Assembly: GCA_011109175.1 (NCBI GenBank)
Contig: RDEW01000087.1
Span: 1-64,000 of the forward strand
Length of the DNA stretch: 64,000 bases
Origin: Dicyema japonicum
Taxonomy: Eukaryota; Animalia; Dicyemida
Direction: 5' to 3'
Shown here: one piece after another, positions 38,107 to 51,109 of the stretch
How the letters are laid out: each line of letters begins with the position of its first letter
How positions within the stretch are numbered: position 1 is the stretch's first letter
The notes under the pieces: generated by a model
Database searches by the model: none
Seen by the model: only the letters and a program-made list of their open reading frames with translations
What the model was told of the DNA's origin: nothing
Translations under genes and position numbers: made by a program

Positions 38107-39059
38107 GGTACTTTTGCAATACATACTTCACGAAATAAGGCTCTAAATAAATTAATGAAAACATTAAAAATAGTGAACAATGCAGAATTTGTAAATATTA
38201 TTATAAATTTTTTTAAATAAAATGCGAGAAGGGTTATGGCTAAGACAAAAGATTGGAATGGCCATACTCCGAGAGAACTCGTTCGCGATCCACGCACCAG
38301 GCTTCCTTAACTGACATTTGTTTAATTGTTAAAAAAATTATTTTGTTAAAAAAAAATTGCTAAATCTTTACAACTTACTTGTGATAAAACGATACCGACA
38401 AAGTCAAAGCTGAGCCATTAACGACCCCCTTGCGCTTCCCCACAATCTAAATTTTCCTATTTAATTTTTATGTGAACCTCTCAACAGTCTGCGTGTGTGC
38501 ACCTGTCCTCGGGTATATAAAAGTTGATAAATCGTGCGGTTGCTCCATTCCAGTTGACGCCGACACCATAAATTGTTTGTCTGTCGAAGCTCCAGATATA
38601 TATGAAACAAATACAGGTTTGTAACGAAACTGTCGTGCCTTCAAGCCACGTACCTAAAAATAAAGTAATCTCTTATTATACCGTTTCTGACAGATCCATA
38701 AGTTCGGCACCCGCTTTTATCACACATCCATGTTGTATTCTCCCGCTGATGGAGAAAGGTCATCAAATGTCTTTTAAGGCATTTCTTTTATTTCAGGAAA
38801 ATTACAACCTCCTGAAGGAAGGCAACTGACTTTATTTCAGAATGTGGTAGTTCGTAGTCCTTCAGTTTTGAGAATTTTCGAATAACAACTATATCACTCA
38901 TCTTCACAAGCCGGTAAAAAATTTAAAATTTTATTTTAAAAAATTTATAATAATATTTACAAATTCGGCATTGTTCATTTTTTTATTTTCTAATATTCAA
39001 AAAAATTTCATTAATTAATTTAGAACCTTAATTCGTGAAGCATGTATTGAAAAAGAATC
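38107..39059 (-). mobile_element. Internally deleted Merlin (IS1016/ISXO2-like) DNA transposon with about 110-bp TIRs
   Basis: Imperfect TIRs 38107-38222 and 38930-39059. ATG at 38901; FLQE..KCLKRHLM..WMCDKSGC..SVRN|GTWLEG..FIYIWS; C-terminal YPRTGAHTQTVE; DDE core absent; no TSD seen. Confidence 0.8.
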
Positions 39060-39249
39060 AGTTGGTAAGTCACCCTTCTGAAGATCGCAGAAAGGTAAGG
39101 AAAGTCAAACGGTTCTCTTCCATGCAGAACTTGCACTGAGAGCCACCACAACAACAGGTAACCGCATGACGCCACGTTATTTTTTTATTCACTACGGACA
39201 GTAGGTTTATAGGTGGGCTTGTGATATTTATCGAAAACACTCCCATCCC

Positions 39250-39830
39250 TTCTACGCGGAGCTAGAAGATCCTTGGTGTAGTTTTCGACTCTCTGTTGAC
39301 GTTCTCGAGTCACTGGAGGATTTGCTCGCCAAGGGTCTTCGGAAATGGAACATTCTGAATGCGATGATAAAGAAGAGCCCTTTCTCCTCGGCCGACTGCA
39401 TCAGCAAGGTCTATCAACAAGTAATCATACCGACCATTGAATATGCCAGCTCCGCCTGGAGGTTTGCGATTCCCCTTTCGAGAGTGGACCGTTTGAACTC
39501 CCTCAGGCGGAGAATTGTGCACCGCATGGACATCCCCATTGGCAACCTCGTTTCTGATGAGGCAACGTTGAAAAATGGCCAGGGTTTCCTACGTTTCTGA
39601 AGGAACTGGGAATCCCATTAAAGGAAAAGGTGAGAGGAATTTCGGTCGGTAATAAAAAAGTGCACGCCGATCGAATTCTTTTGCAGAAGCAAAAGAAGAC
39701 GCTTCCGGAGTGCGGTTGGATCATCAAGAGACCAATTGAAGAGAGTCCTGATGTTGCTGGAAGCTGGGATCACCTAATTGTTAGTTTTGACCTATCTTTC
39801 CTGGTAGTCTTGGGGTTAAATAAATAAATA
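39250..39830 (+). mobile_element. 5'-truncated L2/Jockey-like LINE
   Basis: ILGVVFDSLLTF, YQQVIIPTIEYASSAW; ends GGGTTAAATAAATAATAAAA. Confidence 0.75.
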
Positions 39831-40300
39831 AAAAGAACCAAAAACTCATTACTCACATTCTGAACAAAACTTTTGAGGAACACTCCAGAATTAACATCGG
39901 AATCGGACAATTAATCTTTTTACAAAAAACGGAGATGGAAATAGTTAAGCTAAGACCAATCATACTACTCAACTCACTACTCAAAATTCTATCGCTAATC
40001 GCTCTGGACAGAATTAATGCCCCACTACGAGAATTAACATCGGAAAATTAATCTTTTTACAAAAAACGGAGATTGAAATAGTAAAGCTAAGACCAATCAT
40101 ACTACTCAACTCACTACTCAAAATTCTATCGCTAATCGCTCTGGACAGAATTAATGCCCCACTACGTGGATTTATCGGAGCTAGCCAAAGTGGGTTTGTC
40201 TTTGGAAGATCAAATTCCGATGTTGTTTGGAGCCACAAATGGATGTGCTAAGGCATTTGACTGAATCAGCGAGTCAAGATGACACAATATTAACACCACT
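39830..40300 (+). mobile_element. RTE RT fragment with internal tandem duplication
   Basis: LRPIILLNSLLKILSLIAL occurs twice; QSGF..DVVWSHKW follows. Confidence 0.55.
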
Positions 40301-40759
40301 ACTCGAGGAAGATTGCATCAGAATAATTCGTTATCTTCCTCCATTCAACTATTTATCCAGCTCAGAAATCAAAAATCCAGAGTATTCGGAACAAACAAGG
40401 GCGTTGTTTTGCGGTGTATTTATTAATAGTAATGAAAATATTAGTATTTTGGAGACAAAATATCTTTTTAGTCACTAATATTTTTGGGATTTAGTCAGGA
40501 CGATTCAGAAATCTTGTCTCGTCCAGTGATTTCCAGGGCCTTTGAGTGTACCCACTGTTTTCCTTTAAAAATAATCATGCAATCCGGAGCTATATAACTT
40601 TCCCGATCAAAGCTTCACAAGCCCGAAACAAGGATCGAAAAATTAAGACCAATTATTTTAATGAACACAATCCACAAAGTAGCATAGTTCAATATGGAAT
40701 CAAGAGAATACTGAAGTGTATTTACCAACACACTAAATAGGATTCTGAAAAAAAATTTG

Positions 40760-41640
40760 CGTTGGATGCTGTATAGAATTATAAATAGAGATACTCGACT
40801 GTAAAAAAGATTCGAATCGGCCGCAAAATTCAAAGTATTGATATATCAAGAGCTTTTGTTTATATTAATCCACTGAAACTCATTGAGTGATTGAAAATTC
40901 CTATACCTTTCCATACCCAATAAATTTGTAATCTTTCTGTAGAATTTTGGATATCCCGATCAGGCGAGGCCAAAACAATGTCGTCCGCATGAGAGTAGAA
41001 CATCGTTATTTGATTTCGGTGTCGGGAAGTCGGCCAGGTATTAATTAAATAAGGTGGAGGATAAAGGAGATCTTTGGGGGACACCATTTGGGAAAAGACG
41101 CGAGACTGATTTCAGTCCGCATACACGTCCTTTTCGTCCACTTAAGAATTTTGTTATCTAAAGTATAAGCTTCCCCTAGATCTTGGACTGAAAAATTTTC
41201 ATTAATAATATTTTCCTCAAAATAGAATAAAAAGCCTTGTAATGGAACATAAGATTGTTTTCAAATGCCTGGTTTGTTTGAAAATCCATCTCTAATGAAG
41301 TTAGTTAATTTCTGTAAATACGTTGATGTAGAACAATCCCTCTTGAATCCTTGTTGAATACTCAAAACCCCTTTATCCAATCCTCCAAGATACGGTCTTA
41401 TTTGAAATATAATAGCGTTCCATGGCTATGTATAATGAGAAAATCCATTCCAATTTCGAGTTTGACTTCAGTATTTCCCGGTTGGCATACAGCCATATTT
41501 CTTGAAATCGTAGTGAGTCAGACCGTCTTCTATCTCAGACAGTTCAAGTGGAAAGATTATAGCTTATCTGTTTTTTTCTTTTCGGACATTGTATTGAAAT
41601 GTATCCTTAATGATAAATCATCAGGCTGAATATATTGGGT
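40760..41640 (-). mobile_element. Degraded L2/Jockey-like RT
   Basis: QQGFKRDCSTSTYLQKLTNFIRDGF, FPNGVP, HADDIVLAS. Confidence 0.65.
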
Positions 41641-42720
41641 ACATATTAACTGTCCGCGGAGAAATATCTAAATACCTGAAGATATGACACCCAACTTGAT
41701 ATAGCTATCACACCTGGCGAAATCTCAAATGCAATGGTCAAACTTAAGAATGGTCTCTCCCCTGGACAGGATGGAATCAATTCAGAAATTGTCAAATACG
41801 GACCAACTACACTAGCAGACAGACTGGCAGAACTACTCAACTCTATGTTTATAAAAAATAGAATACTCGGTCTTGGATCCGGACTATTAATTTTAATACA
41901 AAAACCTAACAAGCATGCTGGACCTGTTGAAAATCTACGTCCTATAATATTGCTAAACACCTTACGGAAACTTCTGGCATTAATTACGCTGAACCGAAAA
42001 AGAGAACAAATGTAAAACTATATATCCCCTAGTCACAGTGGATTCAGGACTGGAAGATCCACTGCGGATGTAGTATGGAGCTAACACGAAGCTCAGAGTG
42101 CGGGTCTGTAAGACGTTATCCAGTGAATTTACGTTCAATGTTGGACTCCCCATGGAGATTCCCTCTCGCCCCTTCTTTTTGTCATATATCTGGAGTCGGC
42201 ACTACGAGATCTATGGAAGTTATATGATGGCAACATCGTCGAAATTGTACATGCCGACGAGGTCGACTTTGTGTCAGAAGACAAATCTGCCCTACTTCGA
42301 CTCCTCGAGGTGGCAACTGCTGAGCTTAACCGATAGTTTTTTTGGAATGAACACCGCAAAAACTGACACTGTGGAAATCAAAAGAATGTAAAGCAGATCA
42401 AGTGAAACATGGCGAAGAAGGCCCTCGCTTGGGTAACAATAAACAAGTTGAATAAAGAGTGGATTGGCAAACGACGATCTTGCACATCACTTTGCTTGAG
42501 ATTGTATGAAGCCTTTGTCAAGCCAATCCTAATTTACAATTCTTCGACCTGGGGAACGTCCAAAACCGAACAACTTGGACTAGAGATTGTATGAAGCCTT
42601 TGTCAAGCCAATCCTAATTTACAATTCATCGACCTGGGGAACGTCCAAAACCGAACAACTTGGACTAGACACTTACCATCGAAGACAACTTGATCTCTAA
42701 TAAGACTAAACTGGCCAGCA
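41640..42720 (+). mobile_element. Degraded RTE RT and thumb
   Basis: SPGQDGINSEIVKY, LRPIILLNTLRK, HGDSLSPLLF, HADE, LYEAFVKPILIYNSSTW. Confidence 0.8.
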
Positions 42721-42954
42721 TCCGATTCCTTAGACGACGCAGGAATTCGAGCTTCGAAGACGCAACTCCGAGTTGAACAAACGAAACATCTTACGACATT
42801 GTATTTTACTCGTTCAAGAAATTGTCATTCGTTCATATTCATTGACTCTGCATACTTAGCAGAATGAGATGTTACTAAACTGAGATGCTGTTAGATGTCA
42901 ATCAGTCCCACGAATTATCTACCTTCATTTGAACCTTGGGAGCGGTTTCTGGTT

Positions 42955-43500
42955 TATTTATTTATTTATTTTATTTTAATAACCCCGGGAACACCGAGAA
43001 AGAAAGACAAAAGAGTCAAACAGTTAGGTGATCACAGTCCCCGCAATCAATTGTGCCATTCGACGTCTGTGATCTTTCATTGTCCCTACTACTTTCCGGA
43101 AGAGTCTTCTCTCGTTCTTGCAGAGGAATCCGATCGGGGAGGGAAGTTTCTTATCCAATCGGTTTTCTCATGCCATGGAAAGGATCAGGCGAAGCGGGTT
43201 TCCATTTTTCTCACATACGCGAAGAAATCCGGAGCCACGACTACAGATCGTAGCTTCCATGAGTAGTATGTCGACTGTCGATCCATTACGTGGGCAAAGC
43301 ATACTGATGGTTTTCTGGTGTATTGAGTTGACTCTTTTCACCATAGACTCCGATAGCGCGAATCTCCATGCAACGGAGGTATACTCAACGGCTGGTGCTA
43401 TTGTTTGTTGGTAGAGAGTAGAAACAGAAAAGTCCATGTTCCTCGGGGTCCTCCGGACAAGGGCGCGTAAAACGTTAAGTTTTCTGGTTGCGATGATAAA
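42955..43500 (-). mobile_element. 5'-truncated L2/Jockey-like LINE with hairpin tail
   Basis: LYQQTIAPAVEYTSVAW; tail at 42960-43035. Confidence 0.75.
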
Positions 43501-43514
43501 TTCATTCGCTAAAA

Positions 43515-43740
43515 TAATTTATTTATTAACCCCGAGATCACCGATAAAGAAAGATAAAAGTAAAGTCAACTAGTTAGGTGATCCCGGTTCCCGCAACCAA
43601 TCGTGCCATCCTAAGCCTGTGCGTCTCCATTGTTTCCACTGTCAAACTGAAATGCCTTCTTTGATCCTTGCAGGGGAAACCGATTGAGGAAGAAAATTTC
43701 TTAGCCAAACGATTTTCTTTTGCATGAAACAGTGAGAGGC
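43515..43740 (-). mobile_element. Short LINE 3' end with hairpin tail
   Basis: Diverged relative of 42970-43190; CCGAGATCACC/GGTGATCCCGG stem. Confidence 0.6.
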
Positions 43741-43864
43741 TTACGAGTTGTAGATTCCGTCAGCAGGGTAGGTATTTTTGTTTCACATTGTGATCCATTC
43801 ATACTTATTGTTTTTTCTTATTATTAGTATTAAGGCACTTTCACGAAAGCCATAATGTTTATAG

Positions 43865-44700
43865 CCATTCTGTCTGCTTCATTGGTAGATTTAATTATTA
43901 TTATTAGATTATGTCAGGGAGTGGTTGTGTGACAGTCCTTGCAGATTGTTATCTGAGAAGCAGGTTTGTGAGTGATGATAAGTACAAAAATGTAAACTAT
44001 GGTTCACATATGGCTGTGGCAATGTCCATTGGTATCCTCTTCTTTGAGAATTGCCTGTAATGGACAGTGATTATATAAGAAATCGGCTGAAATCTACTCC
44101 ACGTGGCATTGTGGGTATGTTATGTGCTATTTACCATTATTTCCCCTCGCTTGTCATTGGTAGTTGATACCATTTCCAACCGATCAGACATCTCTACACT
44201 GGCGTGTGATTGTAGTTCCTGTGATGATTCTCTATTGATTGTTGATAAATTAATTCTTATATATTAATTCAGGATTTGTTTGTTGTGGTGTCATTTTAGT
44301 ATTGTTCTGTTTTGTCTCAGAGACAATTCACACCTGATAATCGTTTGCATCCAAACAACTTTCGGTTGATCAAAGAGTTCTTTTCTTCATTCTCTTTGAA
44401 TAATCCTCCTCGTTTATTACTACCCATTTTACATAGACCACGTGTACAATGAGTTGATGAAAATATTGATATGATAATTAATAAGCTGTATAAGTTCAAT
44501 GGTGATTATGTATGTAAATGTTAGATGTACAAACTCACAAATTGATGTGTTATTTGTTGGGACCCCGACTTGATGATTATGAAGTGATTAATATGGTTTG
44601 GAGTTGATTTAAGATATGAAAAGACAGTGTGAACATCAAACATTATTTCATTTAATATAAAGGTCCTTCTAAATTTCCACTAATATCTGATGTAATGAAG
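43865..44700 (-). mobile_element. Heavily degraded I-group-like LINE 3' half (possible RNase H and Cys/His motifs)
   Basis: VYVKWV..NEED, HCPL..EEDTNGH, CKDC..H; duplicated at 53600-54450. Motifs are weak. Confidence 0.35.
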
Positions 44701-45797
44701 ACTATTCCCCTTTGGAGTTGATTTAAGATATGAAAAGACAGCGTGAACATCAAACATTATTTCATTTAATATAAAGGTCCTTCTAAATTTCCACTAATAT
44801 CTGATGTAATGAAGACTATTCCCCCGACATCACTTGACTTTGCACGATTTATATATTCAAGGTTAACTACTAATTAATTTTAATAAATACTTGTTATTTG
44901 TAAGGAATTTGTAAGAATACTCACATAATCTTCTAAATTTGTGACTATGATCAAGTACTAACAATATGGATTATAACAATAAATGTCAATCAACACCAAT
45001 CATTTTATAACTTAATATAAGGTCTTGTCTTTCTTAAATACTAGTTAGTGAATAACAAATTAAAAACCTACGATTGGTATGAAATTAGTTAACTGTTAAT
45101 GAAAGCTTTAAACAAATTATAATGCTATCTTATTTTTGTATGTCTGTTCGATGATATAATCGTTCATGTTTTGAAGGAAAATATTCAATTTCAGCGACAG
45201 ATTCATATAAATTATTGCAAAATGATTAATCGTTTAGATACAATCTTTCGATTCAAAACAATATTACTTATTTTTGTGACAGGGTAACGGAGAATCAAAT
45301 TAGTATCAATCATTCATACTTAGCTTATTACCACCCATGTCAAAATGATTCAAAATGACTTTAAAAAAAGTCCATTATTATGCCTGAGACAAATCAGCAA
45401 TTTACTGATGGCATTCGTATAGGGACAGTTTAATTTTGTAAGACTTCTTTAATTGCGAGTAATTTGTTCCTCTAATGTGCAATTTGTTTTAAAAAAACAA
45501 CAAGATTAAGATCAAGATGTAAGCTCCAAAAATACCTACAGTTCAGGTTTTAAAAAGAACCCTAGAGAGAACTACATTGGAGTATAAAAGACAGAGCATG
45601 TAGATAGGAAGAAGAGTCAATTAAACAATAGGCGAGGATGGTTGTTAATGTCAAATAGTAACTTTTTAGGTAGGTTTAATAAAGTGTCTCTAAATTCAGA
45701 CATATTAATCCATCATTTGAGATATTATTAATAAATTTGATTAAATTAAAAATAATTTAATAATTATAAAATAACCTAAATAAATAATGACCTATAA

Positions 45798-46785
45798 ATG
45801 ACCCTATTTATATGTGCTTATGAATTATTTATTATTTTAATAACTCATGTAATTCTAGATCAAATGGTTTATACTAATTTCGACCATGAGCATTCAAACT
45901 ATTATGGATATGTATGCCCTCATACAACTTCAAATAGAGTTAAACCGATAACTTGGAGATTTAAAAACACTGCATTTCTAACTGCCAATATAATAGTAAC
46001 ATATATGAGGGATAATCTAGTTTGTATTTTTCTTTTATATTAGACTATGAAATTTATTTTTAATAAGGAAAATTCGTTTTTAGAAAGATTTCGAGAAGAT
46101 GGCGATATTGTTGTAGAATTAGTAGCGAAAGATATTAATATATTTGTACAGTTAATATTTGTCCCAGCGTCTAATGACCAAATTTACCTTGACAGGATAT
46201 TACTTTATATTGGTTATCATAATAATTCATTCTTAGATCGTTTTGATGATATGATGATAATTGATAAACAATTGATTGATAAACATTCTTTTTATTATTG
46301 TCAAATTATTTTTAAAAAGTTTACTTCTCATATTTTTCTCAATATTTCTTGTTTAAGAATTAAAATATTCAATAGTGAAAAAAATATTAGATTTTACCAA
46401 ATTGGTTATTTATTTATATATTTTAGGGTCATTTTGCATAAATTTCACTAGTGAAACAACAGTTTTTCCAGATATTACTAGAACTAAAATTAATACTGTG
46501 TCAACTCAAGTGATAACTCCAAATATTATTATAACTGAAATTAAAAATGAGTCAACTCAAATGATAACTCCAAATATTATTATAACTGAAATTAATACCA
46601 AGTCAACTCCAAAAATGATAACTCCATATAATAATACTCTAATTAAAAGTAAGTCATCTATTCGAACAGTGATAATCGTCAGTATTATTATAATATTTAT
46701 TATAATCATTGCCATTGCTTATTACTACATGAGGTTGAGAAACAGACCTGTCGAAAGTAGTAGATCAATATTACTTAACTTTTAA
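45798..46785 (+). CDS. Family B type I membrane glycoprotein (313 aa), intact copy
   Basis: Exons 45798-46019, 46044-46404 and 46427-46785 (942 nt); introns of 24 and 22 nt. Hydrophobic N-terminus, Cys-containing ectodomain, about three 17-aa Thr-rich repeats, TM VIIVSIIIIFIIIIAIAYYYM, basic stop-transfer RLRNR. Confidence 0.8.
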
Positions 46786-47417
46786 TTTTAAAACTTTTCA
46801 CGGATTCTATATTTTGTCTTTCTCTTTGTTGGTTAGTTTATAACAATTATATTCACTATTAAACCAGTAATTTGTGGCAATACAAACAATAAGAAAGGTC
46901 AACAAAACCAGTCTCTTAATTATGTAAGAATAGCAGGCGCTAAATTAATTTTTCACATGTAAATCACAGCGACACGATGATAGATAGTACCTAAAACTTC
47001 GAGAAATGGTCATGTATAAAGTTTAGAGTCTATTATAAAATATGGGATTATTGAACATATTTTTTTCATAATAATTAGTGCTAAATTTCATTCTATCACT
47101 TTAGAAAATTCTCGACCTCAAGAACGAGACTGTCTTAGGCCCTAAGACTCCTGTCGTCTTGAATCCATTGAACTGTACGTGGAAAGTTTTCATCCCGTTG
47201 GGGAATTTGCAATCGTCCTAAATTTTATTAGCAGGCTCCAAAATGCAGTGGTGCAAACGAATGTGTATTTTCTCAACCTCAAATTGAGACAGGAAATCCC
47301 TGGAAATCCGCTCTCATCTACACGACAATAGATAATAACCATATAAATTGATCAAACGTACAAAAATTATAGCTTTCCGCCCACTATACGAACAAAAAAG
47401 AGCTAGAAGACTAATCA

Positions 47418-50400
47418 TTACGGGGGAAATATTAGGACATTTTTTAAGACATTTTAAAAACAAAATAGTACAATTATGACATCTTAATAAAAAAATATGA
47501 CAAATAATTTTAAGAAAATATACATGGAAATTACGAAAACTGTGTTTTGTTAGAAATTATTATAATTAACTAAATCAAAAAAAATCAATTGTAATTAAGT
47601 AACACTATTCATGCTGAATTCTTTTCCTCATTGGGCATTGTCTCTTTGTATCACCCTCACTGTTCCTCTCGTATACCACTTCTAAAGGAAAATCAATAGA
47701 CAAGACCAGCTGTTCTCTTGGTTCCTCTTCTACGTCACCTCCGAGTTCAGAGCCTCATGAGAAAAGATGATTAGTCACTCTTGCAACCTCATCATCATAG
47801 TTATCAACTTTCAGCCCATGTCTATGCTCGATTGTCATGCTCTCTAAAGTTTTTTTATTCGTCAATGATTGGATGTACGCCCTTGTGAAGACATCCACGA
47901 TGAGTTTTTCCATATAGACTTGTGTACTTTTTACTACTCCATCTTCTGTCAAAACAATCGGAATTATTGTCACCTTGACCTTGTTGATTTGTGTTAGTTC
48001 TCCTGCCAGAAGGTCGTATTTGTGAAGTTTTTCCACTTTAACATGTTTTAGCAAATCTTGGAATGTGATCCCTACTTTTATTAGTATTATTTCGTTTTTG
48101 AATTTATTGTGTACGAAATTATCAGATTTGTTATTTTTCAGTTGTGAATCCGTCTGTAGTGTTATAACCACTTGTATTTCAACTTTACTGTTTAAAATAA
48201 TCGATTGTACTGTATGCGTCCTTACCATCTTGGTTCATTTAATTCCAAATTGGCGACACAGTTGTAGTTGTATTTATCTTACAACTTCGTTATGTCGCCG
48301 CATATACGCACTGCTAAGCATCCTGGTACACCATGTAGCCAGGTGATCCACACTTTTTTGGCCATACCTCAATGACTGCAATTTGCTTTCATCTTTTCAA
48401 AGAACAGATTCCGGACCTGTATCATGCAGTACATTGCTTCCGACCTTGGACTATTGTTTCTCCCAGTAAGCCATTCTGTTGATTTATTGACATCGACATT
48501 CGTATTTTCAACACATTTAAATATAAATGCAATTTCTGATTAGTCTTCTCCAAATAATTCTACTTTTGATATTCCTTTATATTTTCAGTGTTCAAATTAG
48601 ATAGGTCATCCACATTGTATTTGAGTGAAATAAATCTTACAATAGTGGTATTTGTTTTCCTTTGTTTTAAGACCCGCAAGATTCATGTCCTTCGAAGACT
48701 CATGGAAGAATTCCTCTCAAGGTCGGTCAAAAATTGAAATAACATGCTTTCACTTTTATCAGAAATAGAGGTTAATCAACGTCCAAAACTATTCCAGCTG
48801 AGATATATTTTTTTTATCAGGTTTTAAGTGCACTCGTAAGTTATAGAATATTTGCCGGATTTCTAAATCAATCGTTTCGAATTCAATGGTTTAATGTAGA
48901 AAAGCCCAATATAAAAATTATATAGCGAAAGTGCGTATTCATTTATCGCTTAAACAACTTTACAACGTTTAAATATTTGCAGGATTTCTAAATCAATCGC
49001 TTCGAATTCAAGTGGTTTAATGTAGAAAAACCCAATATAAAAATTATATAGTGAAAGTGCGTATTCATTTATCGCTTAAACAACTTTACAAAGTTTAATT
49101 TCGAATTCGCCGGCATCTCTATCTTTTTATCACATTTTCAGTATTTTTTTCAATAACTATGTCATTCATAACCTTACTTAGTTTATCTTCTAACACTCTA
49201 AGATAGCGAGATACTTCACAACCATCCAGATAACATGCATCTTTGGCACATTTCAGATTAGTTGCAGACTTTTCAAAATTTCTTTTATGGACAACAACAC
49301 CCAGATATTTATCAATATCCTCCATCATTTTTAGAATAGTATCTTCATATTCTGAAATTATTCTCAGGTCGTAAATAAAAAGAAAATGGTTAGTCACATA
49401 TGTCACAATAGACGGATCACTCTGAGCAATACATATCTTCGGGAATTTTACATTTAATATTCGGCTTATGGGTCCATTACCAGAGTAAACAGCTGGGGAG
49501 AGAGTGAGTCTCTTTGCAAGATTTATCTCCTGAGTTTGAACTTTCCAATTTTTTTTGTTAAGGTTCAAAATAACACTCCGCTTGCAAATTAGATTCTTGA
49601 TAAACTTTACAATCCATTCTGAAACTCCAAAGCAATCAAGAACCCGACACAAAAATTCATGATAAACAGAATCAAAAGCCTAATTCACATCAATCAATGT
49701 TGTGAATAAGTTATTTCTATGTTCAGCATTAACACACTGATTTATTAAAGCCTGCTCTGTTGCACCTTGGAACTGCCTTCTTGCTCCAAGTTTTTTATCC
49801 AAGATAAAATTGAACCCTTCAATATAGTCCGTAATTTTTGTCTTAACACACTTTGTGACAAGTTGTACAATATAAGCATGCACGTAATTGGTCGTATATC
49901 ATTCGGAGAACTCAGTGTTCTTTTTTCGGAATGAGGTAAGTAATCCCACAAATTATTATTCATTATAGATTGATTCACATTTGCGTGGCTAATACCTCTT
50001 GCATCCAAATTCTAATGTACTCAATTTTTACATGATTTCACAATATACAAAGTCTCTGTATTACGAATTGTGCCGACAATTAAATTTAAATTTATTTTAC
50101 CGTTAATGTTGCTTTCATCTATAATTGTTTGTTGAAAGTATTTTCTGTAGTTTTATAATATAAAGATCAAGGTTTATGCATATTATTTTCGGATTGCAGT
50201 AATAGACAGGATATTATAATTTAGTTTGAGGAATAACTTTTTTATATAACTATTCTTTATTTTTCAAGTGCAATATCGACATTTAAAAATGCTTTAACCA
50301 AAAAGATATCGGTTTTCTTCGTTATCTTAAGTAAGAAAAGGTTAAGTGGTCTCTACATTTAGTAATTAATTTGATGTCTTTTTTTTATTAAGATGAAGTT

Positions 50401-50750
50401 CAGTGTAGTATTGTTAAATGACTTTACTATTTTTGAATATTTTGGCAAAATAAATCACCTATAGGTGTTCTTTGTAAATATTTATGAGTTTTTGAAATTG
50501 CTTTTAAAATTCGTTCCTTATTTTTTGTTGAGTTCTAATAGTTTTAATAATGCAGAAAATAGAAACCTGTCAATAAATTTAAGACTACTAATACATAAAA
50601 AAACAAATTATAAGATGTAAATTAAATTAAATGGACAAAAACTAAAAAATAATTATAATAATTATGTTCTATTTTAGGACAATTTTATCTTTGAAATACG
50701 ACAAATAAACATTGTTATATTTTTTGTCCTAAATAGGACAATTTCGCCCA
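47418..50750. mobile_element. 3.3-kb insertion (probable DNA transposon) with 8-bp TSD
   Basis: ACTAATCA at 47410-47417 and 50751-50758; single copy at the empty site 29599-29606; degenerate TIRs GGG(G/C)GAAAT..TAGGACA. Confidence 0.6.
47600..50030 (-). mobile_element. Degraded R4/Dong-like element nested in the insertion
   Basis: IRPITCM, GATEQALIN, KYLGV, NNSPRSEAMY, VDHLATWC, EKLHKYDLLAGEL. Confidence 0.85.
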
Positions 50751-51109
50751 ACTAATCAAACTGCCTCATCATCCAGCAGGTTGCTTATTTTATTTATTTT
50801 AAATACAATTTTTTGACTGTTCGTCGTTACCTTAAAGGAGGGTAGGAAATGATCGGTCAAATATAATAAATTTAAAAGGAGTATTGAGAATATAATTAAT
50901 TCAAGTTTTACTTTATGGAATATGTCTAATTATAATGATTTATATTGACTGTTCGTCGTTACCTTAAAGGAGGGTAGGAAATGATCGGTCAAATATAATA
51001 AATTTAAAAGAAGTATTGAGAATATAATTAATCCAAGTTTTACTTTATGGAATATGTCTAATTATAATGATTTATATGCATATGCTTATAGATTTAATGT
51101 TCGATAGTT

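Larger units (their letters stand above)
43865..51080 (+). repeat. Segmental duplication copy 2 (interrupted by a 3.3-kb insertion)
   Basis: Colinear with 53600-56400 and 26680-29780. Confidence 0.88.

Noticed and set aside
38785-38805. Second (21-nt) intron in the Merlin transposase
   Set aside because: In frame and matches the length of the expected coding segment between FLQE and the first Cys; better read as coding with a nonsense change.
44317-44499. Signal-peptide-like 60-aa ORF
   Set aside because: TTG start, no workable splice model, and lies in a degraded LINE-like stretch.
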